Notes: generated by a model from the letters alone, not told the origin. DNA of 64,000 nt from Methanobacteriota archaeon (GCA_029977605.1 JAPOKN010000001.1:28064-92063); one strand, 5' to 3'; shown: positions 28,591-38,614, counted from the stretch's first letter. Numbers and translations are program-made.

Positions 28591-29355
28591 TTATACGATT
28601 GATATCCTTAGTGCTAGTAATAGTGTAGTAGTAGCTATGAACATATACATTGGCATTCGCCATATAGCAGTCTTAGTTGTTTGTAAGATTACAGATTGCA
28701 TCCAAACACCTCCAGCTCCTAATACCATCATGTAGAAAAATAAGGATTGGTTCAATAAACTTAGGTCAACGTTAAGCTCGAATGAACCCGCTTTTCCGCT
28801 TCCAAATACTGAGACAATTAATCCTAGTAAGATGGGACAGATGACTGCACCACCCCATAGAATGAAATTAGCAGTACTTTGTGTTTTTGTAATTCTTTCT
28901 TTTCTGAGCATGTAAATTTCCCAGAATTCTTCAGAGATATTTTCAAGAGTAGTTGCAAAGCTTCCAGATGAACCAAGTGCCACATTCAATATACTTACAA
29001 TCCTTATAATCATTGGAGATTCAGTTTGTTTTGCAAAGTCTCTCATTGCCATACCGAATCCATCATCTCTCATTCTCTTCACGGCTTCACGGAGAAATTT
29101 ACCCATTCGATCATTTCTTCCAGATGCAATAGCATCTAAGGCAGATTCAACACCCATACCAGCACGTAATTCTTCAGCTAAATCAGCTAAGACATCAGGC
29201 CACACAGCTTCTAATTCATTAATTTTATCTTGTTTTCTTTTAGCAGGAATGTAGAAAAAAGTTCCAATAAGGGCCCAAACGCCTAATCCTACCCAAATGA
29301 TACCATGCAATGATGATAATCCATCACCACTCACTATGTCTTCTAACAAGCTCAT
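28591..29355 (-). CDS. TadB/TadC-like (T2SS-F family) membrane protein
   Basis: 254 aa. N-terminal TM, cytoplasmic helical domain (NELEAVWPDVLADLAEELRAGMGVESALD) and C-terminal TMs, the typical TadB/GspF repeat. Adjacent to the ATPase. Confidence 0.6.
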   Translation of the reverse strand: MSLLEDIVSGDGLSSLHGIIWVGLGVWALIGTFFYIPAKRKQDKINELEAVWPDVLADLAEELRAGMGVESALDAIASGRNDRMGKFLREAVKRMRDDGFGMAMRDFAKQTESPMIIRIVSILNVALGSSGSFATTLENISEEFWEIYMLRKERITKTQSTANFILWGGAVICPILLGLIVSVFGSGKAGSFELNVDLSLLNQSLFFYMMVLGAGGVWMQSVILQTTKTAIWRMPMYMFIATTTLLLALRISIV

Positions 29356-29927
29356 ACTCCAGGCTCCTTTGCTTTAGTTTGAACGATCATTCCAGCTATA
29401 ATTATGGTTGCCGTAATAAATAATGCAGGGACACAAACATCAGGCATTGTTGGGGTATTTCCTAAAAATCCTCCGCCAGAGGCTTTCGCAGATTCTACTA
29501 GTCCATTAACAACAGCACCTATTACAACAATAATAGGAATTAGTATTGAAACAATTATAAATTGTTCAGATGTTGAAGATAAACCTTCAATGAAATTATC
29601 TAAATTAACACGCCTTTCTTTAGCCTCTTTTTCAGCTATAGATCTTAATCTATCAATGACATTAGTGTCTTCTTCGATAGACATAATTAAGCTAGATAGA
29701 ACTTTTCTTAGTCCAGAGGAATCTGTATTTCGCATTTGAGTTCTAATAGCGTCACTGAAATTTTTCCCGCCTTCAGTATCTCTAAAAATTTGTTTGAAGA
29801 TTCCACTCAAATCTCCGTAGTCTTCGTCAGCAACATGTTTCATTGCCTCTGCAACACCTACGCCAGATTCTAATAGAACTTCAATTCCTCTAATGGCAAA
29901 GAGTAGTTCTTGGTCAACGGTCGCCAT
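29352..29927 (-). CDS. TadC-like (T2SS-F family) membrane protein
   Basis: 191 aa. Cytoplasmic helical domain followed by TM helices. ATGA overlap with the downstream gene. Confidence 0.5.
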   Translation of the reverse strand: MATVDQELLFAIRGIEVLLESGVGVAEAMKHVADEDYGDLSGIFKQIFRDTEGGKNFSDAIRTQMRNTDSSGLRKVLSSLIMSIEEDTNVIDRLRSIAEKEAKERRVNLDNFIEGLSSTSEQFIIVSILIPIIVVIGAVVNGLVESAKASGGGFLGNTPTMPDVCVPALFITATIIIAGMIVQTKAKEPGV

Positions 29928-29965
29928 AGTATCTTAATAAAACCCCATTATAAACTACTAACTTT

Positions 29966-30661
29966 CTAAATATTTGTATCTTTTAGAAAATCTCTATAAG
30001 TACTCAAGCTAACATAAAACGAAAAAACCATTGACCATTCACACAGGGCGGTCAAGTTTAGATATATACTTCTTTCAGTGTTTACGTTTGGTGGGTTATC
30101 CATTCGGTGAAAAAAATCATCCTTTTCTTCTAACATTTCTAGATTATCTAAAACGCTGAACACGGCCATCATTACATAGAAAAACCATCCAGCCATTACA
30201 GCATATTTTCTAATTTTATTATCGAGGCCACTCTTTTTCATTAGATCGTAGCTGAAACTTGCAGAGATCAGATACGTTGTGAATAAAGTGAATGCTGTAA
30301 CTCCATGTAAAACAGGAAATTCTTTCCAATTAAAACTTACCGTAATAATTCCGCATATTGATCCTACAGTAGAAATAATTCTAATTCTTTCATTTCCCTT
30401 GATATAGAATTCACCCAGTTCCTCAGCTAATGGTTTGAATAATCTGTAGATTACCTGAACTATTAGTAAAGTTCCAAACAAGCTAATACCTAGTCCAGTT
30501 GAGAAAATACTTTCTTCAGGTTCTGAAAAAGGCATTTCAGATATGATTGGTATAAATGGGGCAACTCTTCCACTGGTAGTTGATATGATGTAAGTTGCTA
30601 TTAGTGTCAATATTCCTAAAATTACACTAAATTCTAGAAGTAATTTAGCACTATTTTTCAT
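29966..30661 (-). CDS. Polytopic membrane protein, unknown family
   Basis: 231 aa with about six hydrophobic helices. Overlaps the ppdK start by 11 nt. Confidence 0.4.
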   Translation of the reverse strand: MKNSAKLLLEFSVILGILTLIATYIISTTSGRVAPFIPIISEMPFSEPEESIFSTGLGISLFGTLLIVQVIYRLFKPLAEELGEFYIKGNERIRIISTVGSICGIITVSFNWKEFPVLHGVTAFTLFTTYLISASFSYDLMKKSGLDNKIRKYAVMAGWFFYVMMAVFSVLDNLEMLEEKDDFFHRMDNPPNVNTERSIYLNLTALCEWSMVFSFYVSLSTYRDFLKDTNI

Positions 30662-33350
30662 TTAGTACCGCTTGTGCAGCAGCCAATCTAGCAATTGGAA
30701 CCCTAAAAGGTGAACACGAAACATAATCCATTCCTACTCCATGGCAAAAGTGAACTGATTTTGGCTCTCCACCATGTTCACCACAAATTCCAACTTTAAG
30801 ATCGGGTTTTGTTTTACGGCCTCTTTCAATTCCCATCTTGACCAGTTCACAAACACCTTCATCTAGACTTGCAAAAGGATCTTCAGGCAATAATTCGTTC
30901 TCTAAATACGCTGGCATAAATCCACCAGTGTCGTCACGACTGAATCCAAAAGCCATTTGTGTCAAATCATTAGTTCCAAATGAAAAGAATTCTGCAGTTT
31001 CAGCTATTCTATCAGCTACAAAACTTGCTCTCGGAATTTCCATCATTGTTCCAACCATGTAATTATCTAATCCTTTAATGTTACTAGCTACATTCCTAAC
31101 TATCTTTTCTTGGTGATTATATTCGGTTTCCATTCCAGTCAGAGGAATCATAATTTCAGGGAAAGTTTTTACATTTTCACCTGAAAGTTCAGCTGCAGCT
31201 TCTAAAATAGCTCTGGCTTGCATTTCTGTTATCTCAGGATGTGTTATTCCTAACCTTACACCTCGGTGCCCCATCATAGGATTTGATTCTTTAAGCGCAT
31301 CAGACCTTCGTTCCAATTCTTGAGCATTTATTCCTAGTGCTTTGGCAAGCTTTTTCTGTCTCTTAATATCATGAGGAATAAATTCATGCAGTGGTGGATC
31401 CATTAGTCTAATAGTAACAGGAAGACCTTGCATAGCTCTTAATGTCTCTTTGATATCATTTTTCATGAAAGGGAACAACAAATCTAAAGCAGTTTTTCTT
31501 TCTTCTTGACTATTTGCCATAATCATCTCTTGAAGGTGGAAAAGAGGATCTTCAGATCCTTCACCATAGAACATATGTTCTATTCTGAAAAGTCCAATTC
31601 CTTCAGCTCCAAAGTCTAATGCTCTTTTCGCATCGGATGGAGTCTCAGCATTGGTTCTTACCTTTAACCTTCTAACCTTGTCACAAAGCTCTAAGAAATG
31701 TGTCAAATAATCGCTTGTAATATCCGTTTCAATTAATGGTAATTCATCTTTGTAGACTTTACCTGCAGTTCCATTTAGTGTAATTTCATCACCTTCATTC
31801 ACAGTCACATCACCTACAGTAAATTCTTTTTTAATTGAGTCAACTTTCATCTCACCAGCTCCAACAACACAACACATTCCCCAACCTCTTGCAACTAAAG
31901 CGGCATGTGAAGTCATTCCTCCACGTGAAGTCAATATTGCTACAGAAGCTCGCATTCCTTCAACATCTTCAGGATTAGTTTCTTCTCTGACTAGTACAAC
32001 TTTTTCGCCCTTTGCAGCCCAATCCACAGCATCTTGAGCAGTAAAAACGGCTTTTCCTGTAGCTCCACCAGGACCTGCAGGTAAACCTTTTGCTAAAATT
32101 GGAGTAATTTTTTCTACATCTGGGTCAACAATAGGATGAAGCAACTCGTCTAATTGTGATGGTGTAACTCTTCCAATTGCAGTATTTCCATCTATCCTTT
32201 TTTCTTTAACCATTTCAGAAGCCATACGAATAGCAGCGGGGCCATTACGTTTTCCAATTCGGCATTGAAGCATCCAAAGTTTTCCTGTTTGGATAGTAAA
32301 TTCAATATCCATCATATCACTGTAATGGTCTTCAAGATTTAGTCTAATTGTATTCAATTCATCATATAAATGTGGTACAGCCTGCTCTAAGCTTGGCAAA
32401 TCTCCACTGTGCTCAGTTCTACATATTTCATTTAATGGATTTGGAGTTCTAATCCCAGCAACAACGTCTTCACCTTGAGCTTTAGATAGCCATTCTCCGT
32501 AAAAATTATTTTCGCCAGTTGCAGGATTTCTAGTAAATGCAACACCTGTAGCACTATCTTCGCCTAGATTTCCATATACCATTGCTTGAACATTTACAGC
32601 AGTGCCCCATTCTTCAGGAATATTCTCAATTTTTCTGTAAGCCTTTGCTCTTTTTCCATCCCAAGAGTAGAAGACTGCAGACACAGCGCCCCAAAGTTGT
32701 TCCCATGGATCTTCAGGAAATGGTTTTTTGAGTACTTCCAACACTTTTCCCTTGTAAATTTCGACTAAATCTTTTAAGTTAGATGCCGATAAATCAGTAT
32801 CTTCAGTTACACCCTCTTGTTCTTTCATTTTTTCCAATTCATGTTCTAATTGATTACGAATTCCCATCCCCTCTTCAGGTTCTATGCCTGAAGCTTTTTC
32901 CATTACAACATCGGAATACATTTGAATTAGTCTCCTCTGAGCATCGTATACAAATCTTGGATCTCCGCTTTGAGCAATAAGCCCTTCTCGTGTAACGTCG
33001 TTTAATCCTACATTGAGAACAGTTTCCATCATACCAGGCATTGATGTTCTAGCTCCGGATCTTACAGATAGGAGCAAAGGATTTTCAGAATCTCCAAAAA
33101 TAGTTCCTACATTATCTTCAACATCTTTCAACGCATTTTTTAGTTGACCATCGAGTTCTTCTGGATAAGTTTGATTATTTTCATTATAGAAAGTACATAC
33201 TTCAGTAGTAATAGTACAGCCAGGAGGAACAGGTATTTTCAGTAGGGCCATTTCAGCTAAATTTGCTCCTTTTCCACCTAACAAATTTTTCATGTCAGCT
33301 TTGCCATCGGTCATGTTTGGACCGAAACGATAAACGTGCATTTCGCTCAT
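30651..33350 (-). CDS. ppdK: Pyruvate, phosphate dikinase
   Basis: 899 aa. N-terminal ATP-grasp (GGKGANLAEM), central phospho-His motif GGMTSHAALVARGWG, and C-terminal PEP-utilising TIM barrel (FFSFGTNDLTQ). Confidence 0.95.
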   Translation of the reverse strand: MSEMHVYRFGPNMTDGKADMKNLLGGKGANLAEMALLKIPVPPGCTITTEVCTFYNENNQTYPEELDGQLKNALKDVEDNVGTIFGDSENPLLLSVRSGARTSMPGMMETVLNVGLNDVTREGLIAQSGDPRFVYDAQRRLIQMYSDVVMEKASGIEPEEGMGIRNQLEHELEKMKEQEGVTEDTDLSASNLKDLVEIYKGKVLEVLKKPFPEDPWEQLWGAVSAVFYSWDGKRAKAYRKIENIPEEWGTAVNVQAMVYGNLGEDSATGVAFTRNPATGENNFYGEWLSKAQGEDVVAGIRTPNPLNEICRTEHSGDLPSLEQAVPHLYDELNTIRLNLEDHYSDMMDIEFTIQTGKLWMLQCRIGKRNGPAAIRMASEMVKEKRIDGNTAIGRVTPSQLDELLHPIVDPDVEKITPILAKGLPAGPGGATGKAVFTAQDAVDWAAKGEKVVLVREETNPEDVEGMRASVAILTSRGGMTSHAALVARGWGMCCVVGAGEMKVDSIKKEFTVGDVTVNEGDEITLNGTAGKVYKDELPLIETDITSDYLTHFLELCDKVRRLKVRTNAETPSDAKRALDFGAEGIGLFRIEHMFYGEGSEDPLFHLQEMIMANSQEERKTALDLLFPFMKNDIKETLRAMQGLPVTIRLMDPPLHEFIPHDIKRQKKLAKALGINAQELERRSDALKESNPMMGHRGVRLGITHPEITEMQARAILEAAAELSGENVKTFPEIMIPLTGMETEYNHQEKIVRNVASNIKGLDNYMVGTMMEIPRASFVADRIAETAEFFSFGTNDLTQMAFGFSRDDTGGFMPAYLENELLPEDPFASLDEGVCELVKMGIERGRKTKPDLKVGICGEHGGEPKSVHFCHGVGMDYVSCSPFRVPIARLAAAQAVLNEK

Positions 33351-33394
33351 TCTTACTCAATACACTAGCGAATAGGTATAAATTCTCTTTCTCT

Positions 33395-33820
33395 TTATTC
33401 TATAGGGTCATGAAGCTTACCAATTAAAGGCCAACCATGCCACAATAATCGTTCGTCTAATTCAATTAATATTTTGTATATCTCATCATATCCTTCAACA
33501 ACATGCTCAATTAGACATGGTTTACATTCATCACTTAGCCATTTTTCTATTAATTCCGAATTCCCAACTTCCATTATCTTTGCCATTTCGCTCATCTCTT
33601 TGAGTCTAATTTGCAAATGATTAAGGAAAATTTCAGAATTCTTTAAAGCCATAGTCAAATGTAGAAATCTTAACTTTTCGTCCTCAACAATTTCGACAAG
33701 ATTCTTATCTTTAGGTGCACCTTCTGCAACTAACATTCCGAGTAACTTTTTTTCACCAAATATTTCTTTTGCAGCAGCAAGTAAAAATTGCAAACTTTCC
33801 TTTTTTTTCTCTTTATTCAT
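33395..33820 (-). CDS. Hypothetical all-alpha protein (last gene of a 4-gene operon)
   Basis: 141 aa, predicted helical. 8-nt overlap with the upstream P-loop gene. No family recognised. Confidence 0.4.
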   Translation of the reverse strand: MNKEKKKESLQFLLAAAKEIFGEKKLLGMLVAEGAPKDKNLVEIVEDEKLRFLHLTMALKNSEIFLNHLQIRLKEMSEMAKIMEVGNSELIEKWLSDECKPCLIEHVVEGYDEIYKILIELDERLLWHGWPLIGKLHDPIE

Positions 33821-34289
33821 ACTTGTTAGTAATATAATCTACGACTGCCATAATATCATTTTTTGAAGCTTGAGCAGTTTCTTCATCAATCACCTCTCCC
33901 ATTCCTACGCAAAATATAGTGTTGTTATTGTACTTATTCCATTCTGGAATTATTTTTTTAGTCCGGTTTAGAACAATTATCCGATTTGTATTTGGAGTAT
34001 TTCTTTCCAGATAATTCCATAGTTCAATAAAGTGAGAATCAGGTTTCTCGAGCCCATTTCCGACAACAATTTGCATGTTTGCAGCTCTAAGCCAATCTAT
34101 CCAAACTTTACCTGTAGCTGTTGGTGCATCGATTTCATAAAGCATAAGATTGTTTAATTCACAGGCGTAATCTAATAACATATCTGGTACGCTATTAGGA
34201 ACTACAAAATTTCCCCTAGGTTTAGGTAAGCTTCTCATAAAAGTGGATTTACCTGCCCCCATTGGTCCTGTAACCATTATGTATTTCAT
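33813..34289 (-). CDS. Small P-loop NTPase (nucleotide kinase/THEP1-like)
   Basis: MKYIMVTGPMGAGKSTFMRSL Walker A at the extreme N-terminus. 158 aa. No canonical GTPase G3/G4 (DxxG/NKxD) motifs, so more kinase/NTPase-like. Confidence 0.5.
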   Translation of the reverse strand: MKYIMVTGPMGAGKSTFMRSLPKPRGNFVVPNSVPDMLLDYACELNNLMLYEIDAPTATGKVWIDWLRAANMQIVVGNGLEKPDSHFIELWNYLERNTPNTNRIIVLNRTKKIIPEWNKYNNNTIFCVGMGEVIDEETAQASKNDIMAVVDYITNKYE

Positions 34290-35015
34290 CTATACCGCCT
34301 CTGCACTCCAAGTTTTTACTTTAACGCCTTTACTCATATGAACCAAATCAGGTTCTAGCAAATTAGAAATACCAAGATTGTAAAACTCAGTTAGGGAATT
34401 TTTTTCAATTCTAGCTGTAGCGTCTTGAAATTCCCACGGTTCGTGACAAGTGTAAGCAATATGAGTTATATTCTTGTAGGTTACATAAAGACTATATCTT
34501 TCAAAGAGAAATTCCTCAAGACTATTCTTCTTAGCTTTTCTTAGGGGGCCGTTGGGCTTTGATTCGCCTTTGATACCAATTCCATTACTTTTTCTTCTAG
34601 ACTGCCATGAAAATCCCCCCTCAACATTTTCCTTTACTTCACCTTTTGCAAATACATAGGGAAGGCCATATGCCCAAGGAGCATACATGCTTGTAATCCT
34701 ACTTTCAGCATCTAAAGTCAGAAATAAAACGCCAGATATTCCGTTCTTTGAGACATATGTACGAATATTAAATTCAGGAAAATTTGAAATGAAAGGAACA
34801 GAAGGTAAGAATCTAGGTCTTATGTTTTCCATTCTAAATGGTATTGTTCCAACGTATGTTTTTCCATTAAACTTTTCTAATTCTAAATCTTCAGGAATAT
34901 ACTTTTCCAACAAGTGATGTTCTACTTCCCAATGCATGAATGTAAGATCTACCCAATTTTGACTTAACGCCCATCCTCTTGTTGGCATCTTGTATGGTAT
35001 ATGTTCAGTATTCAC
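34290..35015 (-). CDS. DUF2071 (COG3361) family protein
   Basis: WVDLTFMHWEV...LELEKFNGKTYVGTIPFRM...NIRTYV...GISGVLFLTLDAES...YGLPY follows the DUF2071 conserved pattern (W..L.F.HW.V...L.LD.FDG.A.VG.VPF.M...E.N.RTYV...G.PGV.F.SLDA). Confidence 0.55.
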   Translation of the reverse strand: MNTEHIPYKMPTRGWALSQNWVDLTFMHWEVEHHLLEKYIPEDLELEKFNGKTYVGTIPFRMENIRPRFLPSVPFISNFPEFNIRTYVSKNGISGVLFLTLDAESRITSMYAPWAYGLPYVFAKGEVKENVEGGFSWQSRRKSNGIGIKGESKPNGPLRKAKKNSLEEFLFERYSLYVTYKNITHIAYTCHEPWEFQDATARIEKNSLTEFYNLGISNLLEPDLVHMSKGVKVKTWSAEAV

Positions 35016-35701
35016 CTTTTACCTTCTTTAATTGCCTTAAATATTCCCATTAAATTTTCATACTCTCCTATATTTGGATTTCCTCTTGAAACTAACCTTC
35101 TCAAAGTTGTTCTTGAGCGATTCAATCTTCTTTCAGGATAGCTACTATTTTCAAGTAAGTCCATGATTCTGTCTACTAATCGTTCAAATTCTTCTTGTGA
35201 AACGGATTTTTGTTTCTTTAAGCTTTTTATTTTTTCATTCCTCTTAACTTCATAAAGTACGATCCCTACAGCATGAGACAAATTTAGAATAGGATAATCT
35301 GAATTTGTGGGTATAGTTATAGTAGCTTCACAGAGCGCCAGTTCTTCTCTATAAAGCCCGTGATTTTCTCTACCAAATAAAAGTGCAGGATTTTCTCTAT
35401 CGGAAATTATTTCGTTAATTTTTTTAACATCTTGAGGAGCTCTAAACCATCTTTTGTCGCCTTCGGGTCTTATGCCACTAGTTCCAATTGCAATATCACA
35501 ATCGGCTATTGCTTCTTCGATGGTGCCATATCTTTTTGATTTCTCAAGAATGGGCCTTCCAGATTTAGATCTAGCATAACTTTCATCGGCTAATTCACAA
35601 CCTTTTACCATCGCTAAATCGTTCAATCCAAAATTTGCCATAGCTCTAGCTACGGCCCCTATATTTCCCGGATGTTGAGGTTCAACTAGTACAATTCTCA
35701 A
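35012..35701 (-). CDS. SpoU/TrmH-family (SPOUT) RNA 2'-O-methyltransferase
   Basis: MRIVLVEPQHPGNIGAVARAMANFG (motif 1), FGRENHGL (motif 2), TIPTNSDYPILNLSHAVGIVLYE (motif 3). 229 aa. Confidence 0.8.
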   Translation of the reverse strand: MRIVLVEPQHPGNIGAVARAMANFGLNDLAMVKGCELADESYARSKSGRPILEKSKRYGTIEEAIADCDIAIGTSGIRPEGDKRWFRAPQDVKKINEIISDRENPALLFGRENHGLYREELALCEATITIPTNSDYPILNLSHAVGIVLYEVKRNEKIKSLKKQKSVSQEEFERLVDRIMDLLENSSYPERRLNRSRTTLRRLVSRGNPNIGEYENLMGIFKAIKEGKR

Positions 35702-35778
35702 AGTTAGCCAAAGGAGGACTTTTAGATAACTTTCGTGTAATGAAATAATTAATATCAGCTCGGCATGGAGATTATAGA

Positions 35779-36897
35779 ATGGTAGAACTTTACATTATAT
35801 TGAGTTTGGTGATTGGAATAGGAATAGGCTATGTAATCGCAAATAAAAATAATAATTCAAGCGATGACGGCATTGATTCTATTAAAAAGGAAATGGAAAA
35901 TACATTCAAAGCTTTAGCTTTAGATGTTAATAAATCAAATACCGAAGAATTTTTCAAGCTGGCAAATGATAAATTTCAAGGATTAAGTAAAGAATCAGAT
36001 ACGAATTTAGAGAATAAGAAAAAATTAATTGATGAGAATTTAAATGAGATGTCTAAAAGGTTGAAGTCTATAGAAGATGCCTCCATCAAGCTTAATGAAA
36101 ATTTAGAATCTACTAATACTCAAACTAAAGATTTGACTAAGACAACGATCAAACTTCGTGAAATATTGTCATCATCGCAAAAGCGAGGACAATGGGGGGA
36201 GAGAATTGTTGAAGATATTCTGAATGTTATAGGGCTTATGGAAGGTGTAAATTATACTAAGCAAGGAGTTGTCGAATCTGGTGAACGTCCAGATTTCACA
36301 TTTAAACTACCTAAAGAAAAAATAATTAACATGGATGTAAAATTTCCTTTAGCCCATTACGAGAAATATATTGATTCAGAAGATGAACAAATCCGTAATT
36401 CTGAAAAAACTGCCTTTCTAAGAGATGTTAAGAAGCATGTTAAAGATATAACAAAACGTAGCTATATTGACCCTTCATCAGGGACTTTAGATTACGTACT
36501 AATGTTGGTTCCAAATGAATCAATTTATTCATTCATTAATAAGGAAGATAGCGCAGTTATCGATTTTGCTTTAGAAAATAAAGTTCTTCTTTGTTCACCT
36601 CTTACTCTTTATGCAATTCTTTCCTTGATTCATCAAGCAACAAGAAATTTCGCCATGGAAGAAAAAGCTACAGAAGTTATGAGTTTACTCAATACTTTCC
36701 GTCTACAGTGGTCAAAATACGTAGAGGCTATGGATAAAATGGGAAGAAGAATTGATGACGCAAAAAGAGAATTTACAAGCTTAGTCAGCACGCGTACGAA
36801 TCAATTACAGAAGCCCCTTAACAAAATAGATGACATCACTAATTTAGTTGATGATACAGGCCAAGTCACTAAACTAGAAGGTCAACAAAAGTTCTAA
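35779..36897 (+). CDS. rmuC: RmuC-family DNA recombination protein
   Basis: N-terminal TM helix and a long coiled-coil, then the C-terminal RmuC nuclease-like domain (GQWGERIVEDIL...GERPDFTFKLPKEKIINMDVKFP...VLMLVPNESIY). Confidence 0.7.
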   Translation: MVELYIILSLVIGIGIGYVIANKNNNSSDDGIDSIKKEMENTFKALALDVNKSNTEEFFKLANDKFQGLSKESDTNLENKKKLIDENLNEMSKRLKSIEDASIKLNENLESTNTQTKDLTKTTIKLREILSSSQKRGQWGERIVEDILNVIGLMEGVNYTKQGVVESGERPDFTFKLPKEKIINMDVKFPLAHYEKYIDSEDEQIRNSEKTAFLRDVKKHVKDITKRSYIDPSSGTLDYVLMLVPNESIYSFINKEDSAVIDFALENKVLLCSPLTLYAILSLIHQATRNFAMEEKATEVMSLLNTFRLQWSKYVEAMDKMGRRIDDAKREFTSLVSTRTNQLQKPLNKIDDITNLVDDTGQVTKLEGQQKF

Positions 36898-38306
36898 AGG
36901 TCTTTCAGAGAAGCAACCAGTTCAGTCATCATTTGTTTACCATCTCCAAAGAGCATCATTGTCTTATCTTCGTAAAACAGGTCATTGTCTACTCCAGCAT
37001 ATCCGACAGATAACGATCTTTTTACCATGATGACAACTCTTGCTTTGTCAGCATCAATTATTGGCATTCCAGCTAGAGGACCTTCACCACTTCTTGCTGC
37101 AGGGTTAACTGTATCATTTGCACCAACAACAATTGCGACGTCACACTCACCCATTTCGGAATTAATATCATCCATTTCAATCAGCTTTTCGTAAGGAACA
37201 CTTGCTTCAGCTAATAGGACATTCATGTGTCCTGGCATACGGCCTGCAACAGGATGGATTCCATATTTTACTTCACAACCATTTGACTCTAAAATATCAG
37301 CAAATTCACGAACTTGGTGTTGACATTGTGATACGGCCATTCCGTATCCTGGAATAATAACACATTTAGAAATTCCATCACACACCATTGCCACTTCCTC
37401 AGGATCTGATCCAACTTTAGTCCTAGTAACTTGTTCTTTATCAGAGCCTCCAAATGATTTGAATAATACATCAATTAATTGACGATTCATTGCTTTACAC
37501 ATTATATTTGTTAAAATCAAACCAGCTGCACCTACCATAGATCCTGCAATTATCAGAACATTATTTCCGATAATGAAGCCAGTGAATGCCGCAGCTATTC
37601 CAGATAAAGAGTTTAGTAGACTTACTACAACGGGCATATCAGCGCCTCCAATAGGAAGTACGAATAATATTCCAAGAATAGATGATAGTACAATAATAGC
37701 TATAACATAATCTTGATTTCCAGGTTCCTCGATAGTCATGTAGAGGAGCCCTACGATTGAAATTAAGACCAATCCTTTAACGTAATTTAGCCATTCAGGG
37801 CCCCATGTTGGAGTTCTATACCATGTTCCAAATATTTCAACACCGCCTTTCAATTTCATCATAGCGAGTAAGCTACCCGTTAGAGTTACCCAGCCAACTA
37901 AAGCAGACAAGCCAATCGCAGTCCAAGCAACATGTAATTCTAAACCTTCAGGCAGATTATTTTCATTAATCCTTCTGAATACTTCTGATGCAGCTACCAA
38001 TGCACTTGCAGCACCTCCAAAACCATTGAACAAGGCAACCATCTCGGGCATTCCTGTCATTTGCACTCTAATCGCCATTAGATATCCAATGAATCCTCCG
38101 ATAACAAGTCCAGAGATTATAAGAATAAAATTATTTGTTTCACCAAAATCCATTTGAGCTATTGTAACCACTACAGCTACCAGCATTCCCATCGCACCAT
38201 ACAAATTTCCAGTTGGTGCAGTTCTAGGGTGGCCTAACTTCTTTAGACCCATTATGAAAAGTATTGAAGCTACAAGATATCCTATGTCCCAAACAGCCTC
38301 GTCCAT
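36894..38306 (-). CDS. pntB: NAD(P) transhydrogenase subunit beta
   Basis: 470 aa. N-terminal TM region followed by the C-terminal NADP(H)-binding dIII domain (GYGMAVSQCQ...GRMPGHMNVLLAEA...IVVGANDTVNP). Confidence 0.9.
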   Translation of the reverse strand: MDEAVWDIGYLVASILFIMGLKKLGHPRTAPTGNLYGAMGMLVAVVVTIAQMDFGETNNFILIISGLVIGGFIGYLMAIRVQMTGMPEMVALFNGFGGAASALVAASEVFRRINENNLPEGLELHVAWTAIGLSALVGWVTLTGSLLAMMKLKGGVEIFGTWYRTPTWGPEWLNYVKGLVLISIVGLLYMTIEEPGNQDYVIAIIVLSSILGILFVLPIGGADMPVVVSLLNSLSGIAAAFTGFIIGNNVLIIAGSMVGAAGLILTNIMCKAMNRQLIDVLFKSFGGSDKEQVTRTKVGSDPEEVAMVCDGISKCVIIPGYGMAVSQCQHQVREFADILESNGCEVKYGIHPVAGRMPGHMNVLLAEASVPYEKLIEMDDINSEMGECDVAIVVGANDTVNPAARSGEGPLAGMPIIDADKARVVIMVKRSLSVGYAGVDNDLFYEDKTMMLFGDGKQMMTELVASLKDL

Positions 38307-38614
38307 TATTTCCCTCCTCTTTTACCAGCAATCATGTTCAACATTCGGTTAGTAACAGCAAACCCTCCAACTACGTTTATTGTAGCCAAAATTAGCGCAA
38401 AAAATGCCAGCCATGCTGCAACTCCAGGATCTCCCCCGTTGAAGTCAGTATTTGAGAAAATCAAAGCTCCCACAATTGTAATTCCAGAAATTGCATTAGC
38501 TCCTGACATTAATGGAGTATGAAGAGTAGCAGGTACTTTTGTAATTAGTTCGAATCCAAGAAAAATAGCCAATATAAAAACGGTAATTGCGCCTATAAGT
38601 GTGACTAATTCCAT
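38306..38614 (-). CDS. pntA: NAD(P) transhydrogenase subunit alpha, membrane part (PntAB alpha-2)
   Basis: 102 aa with 3-4 TM helices, between pntA-I and pntB. ATGA/ATG overlaps on both sides. Confidence 0.75.
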   Translation of the reverse strand: MELVTLIGAITVFILAIFLGFELITKVPATLHTPLMSGANAISGITIVGALIFSNTDFNGGDPGVAAWLAFFALILATINVVGGFAVTNRMLNMIAGKRGGK

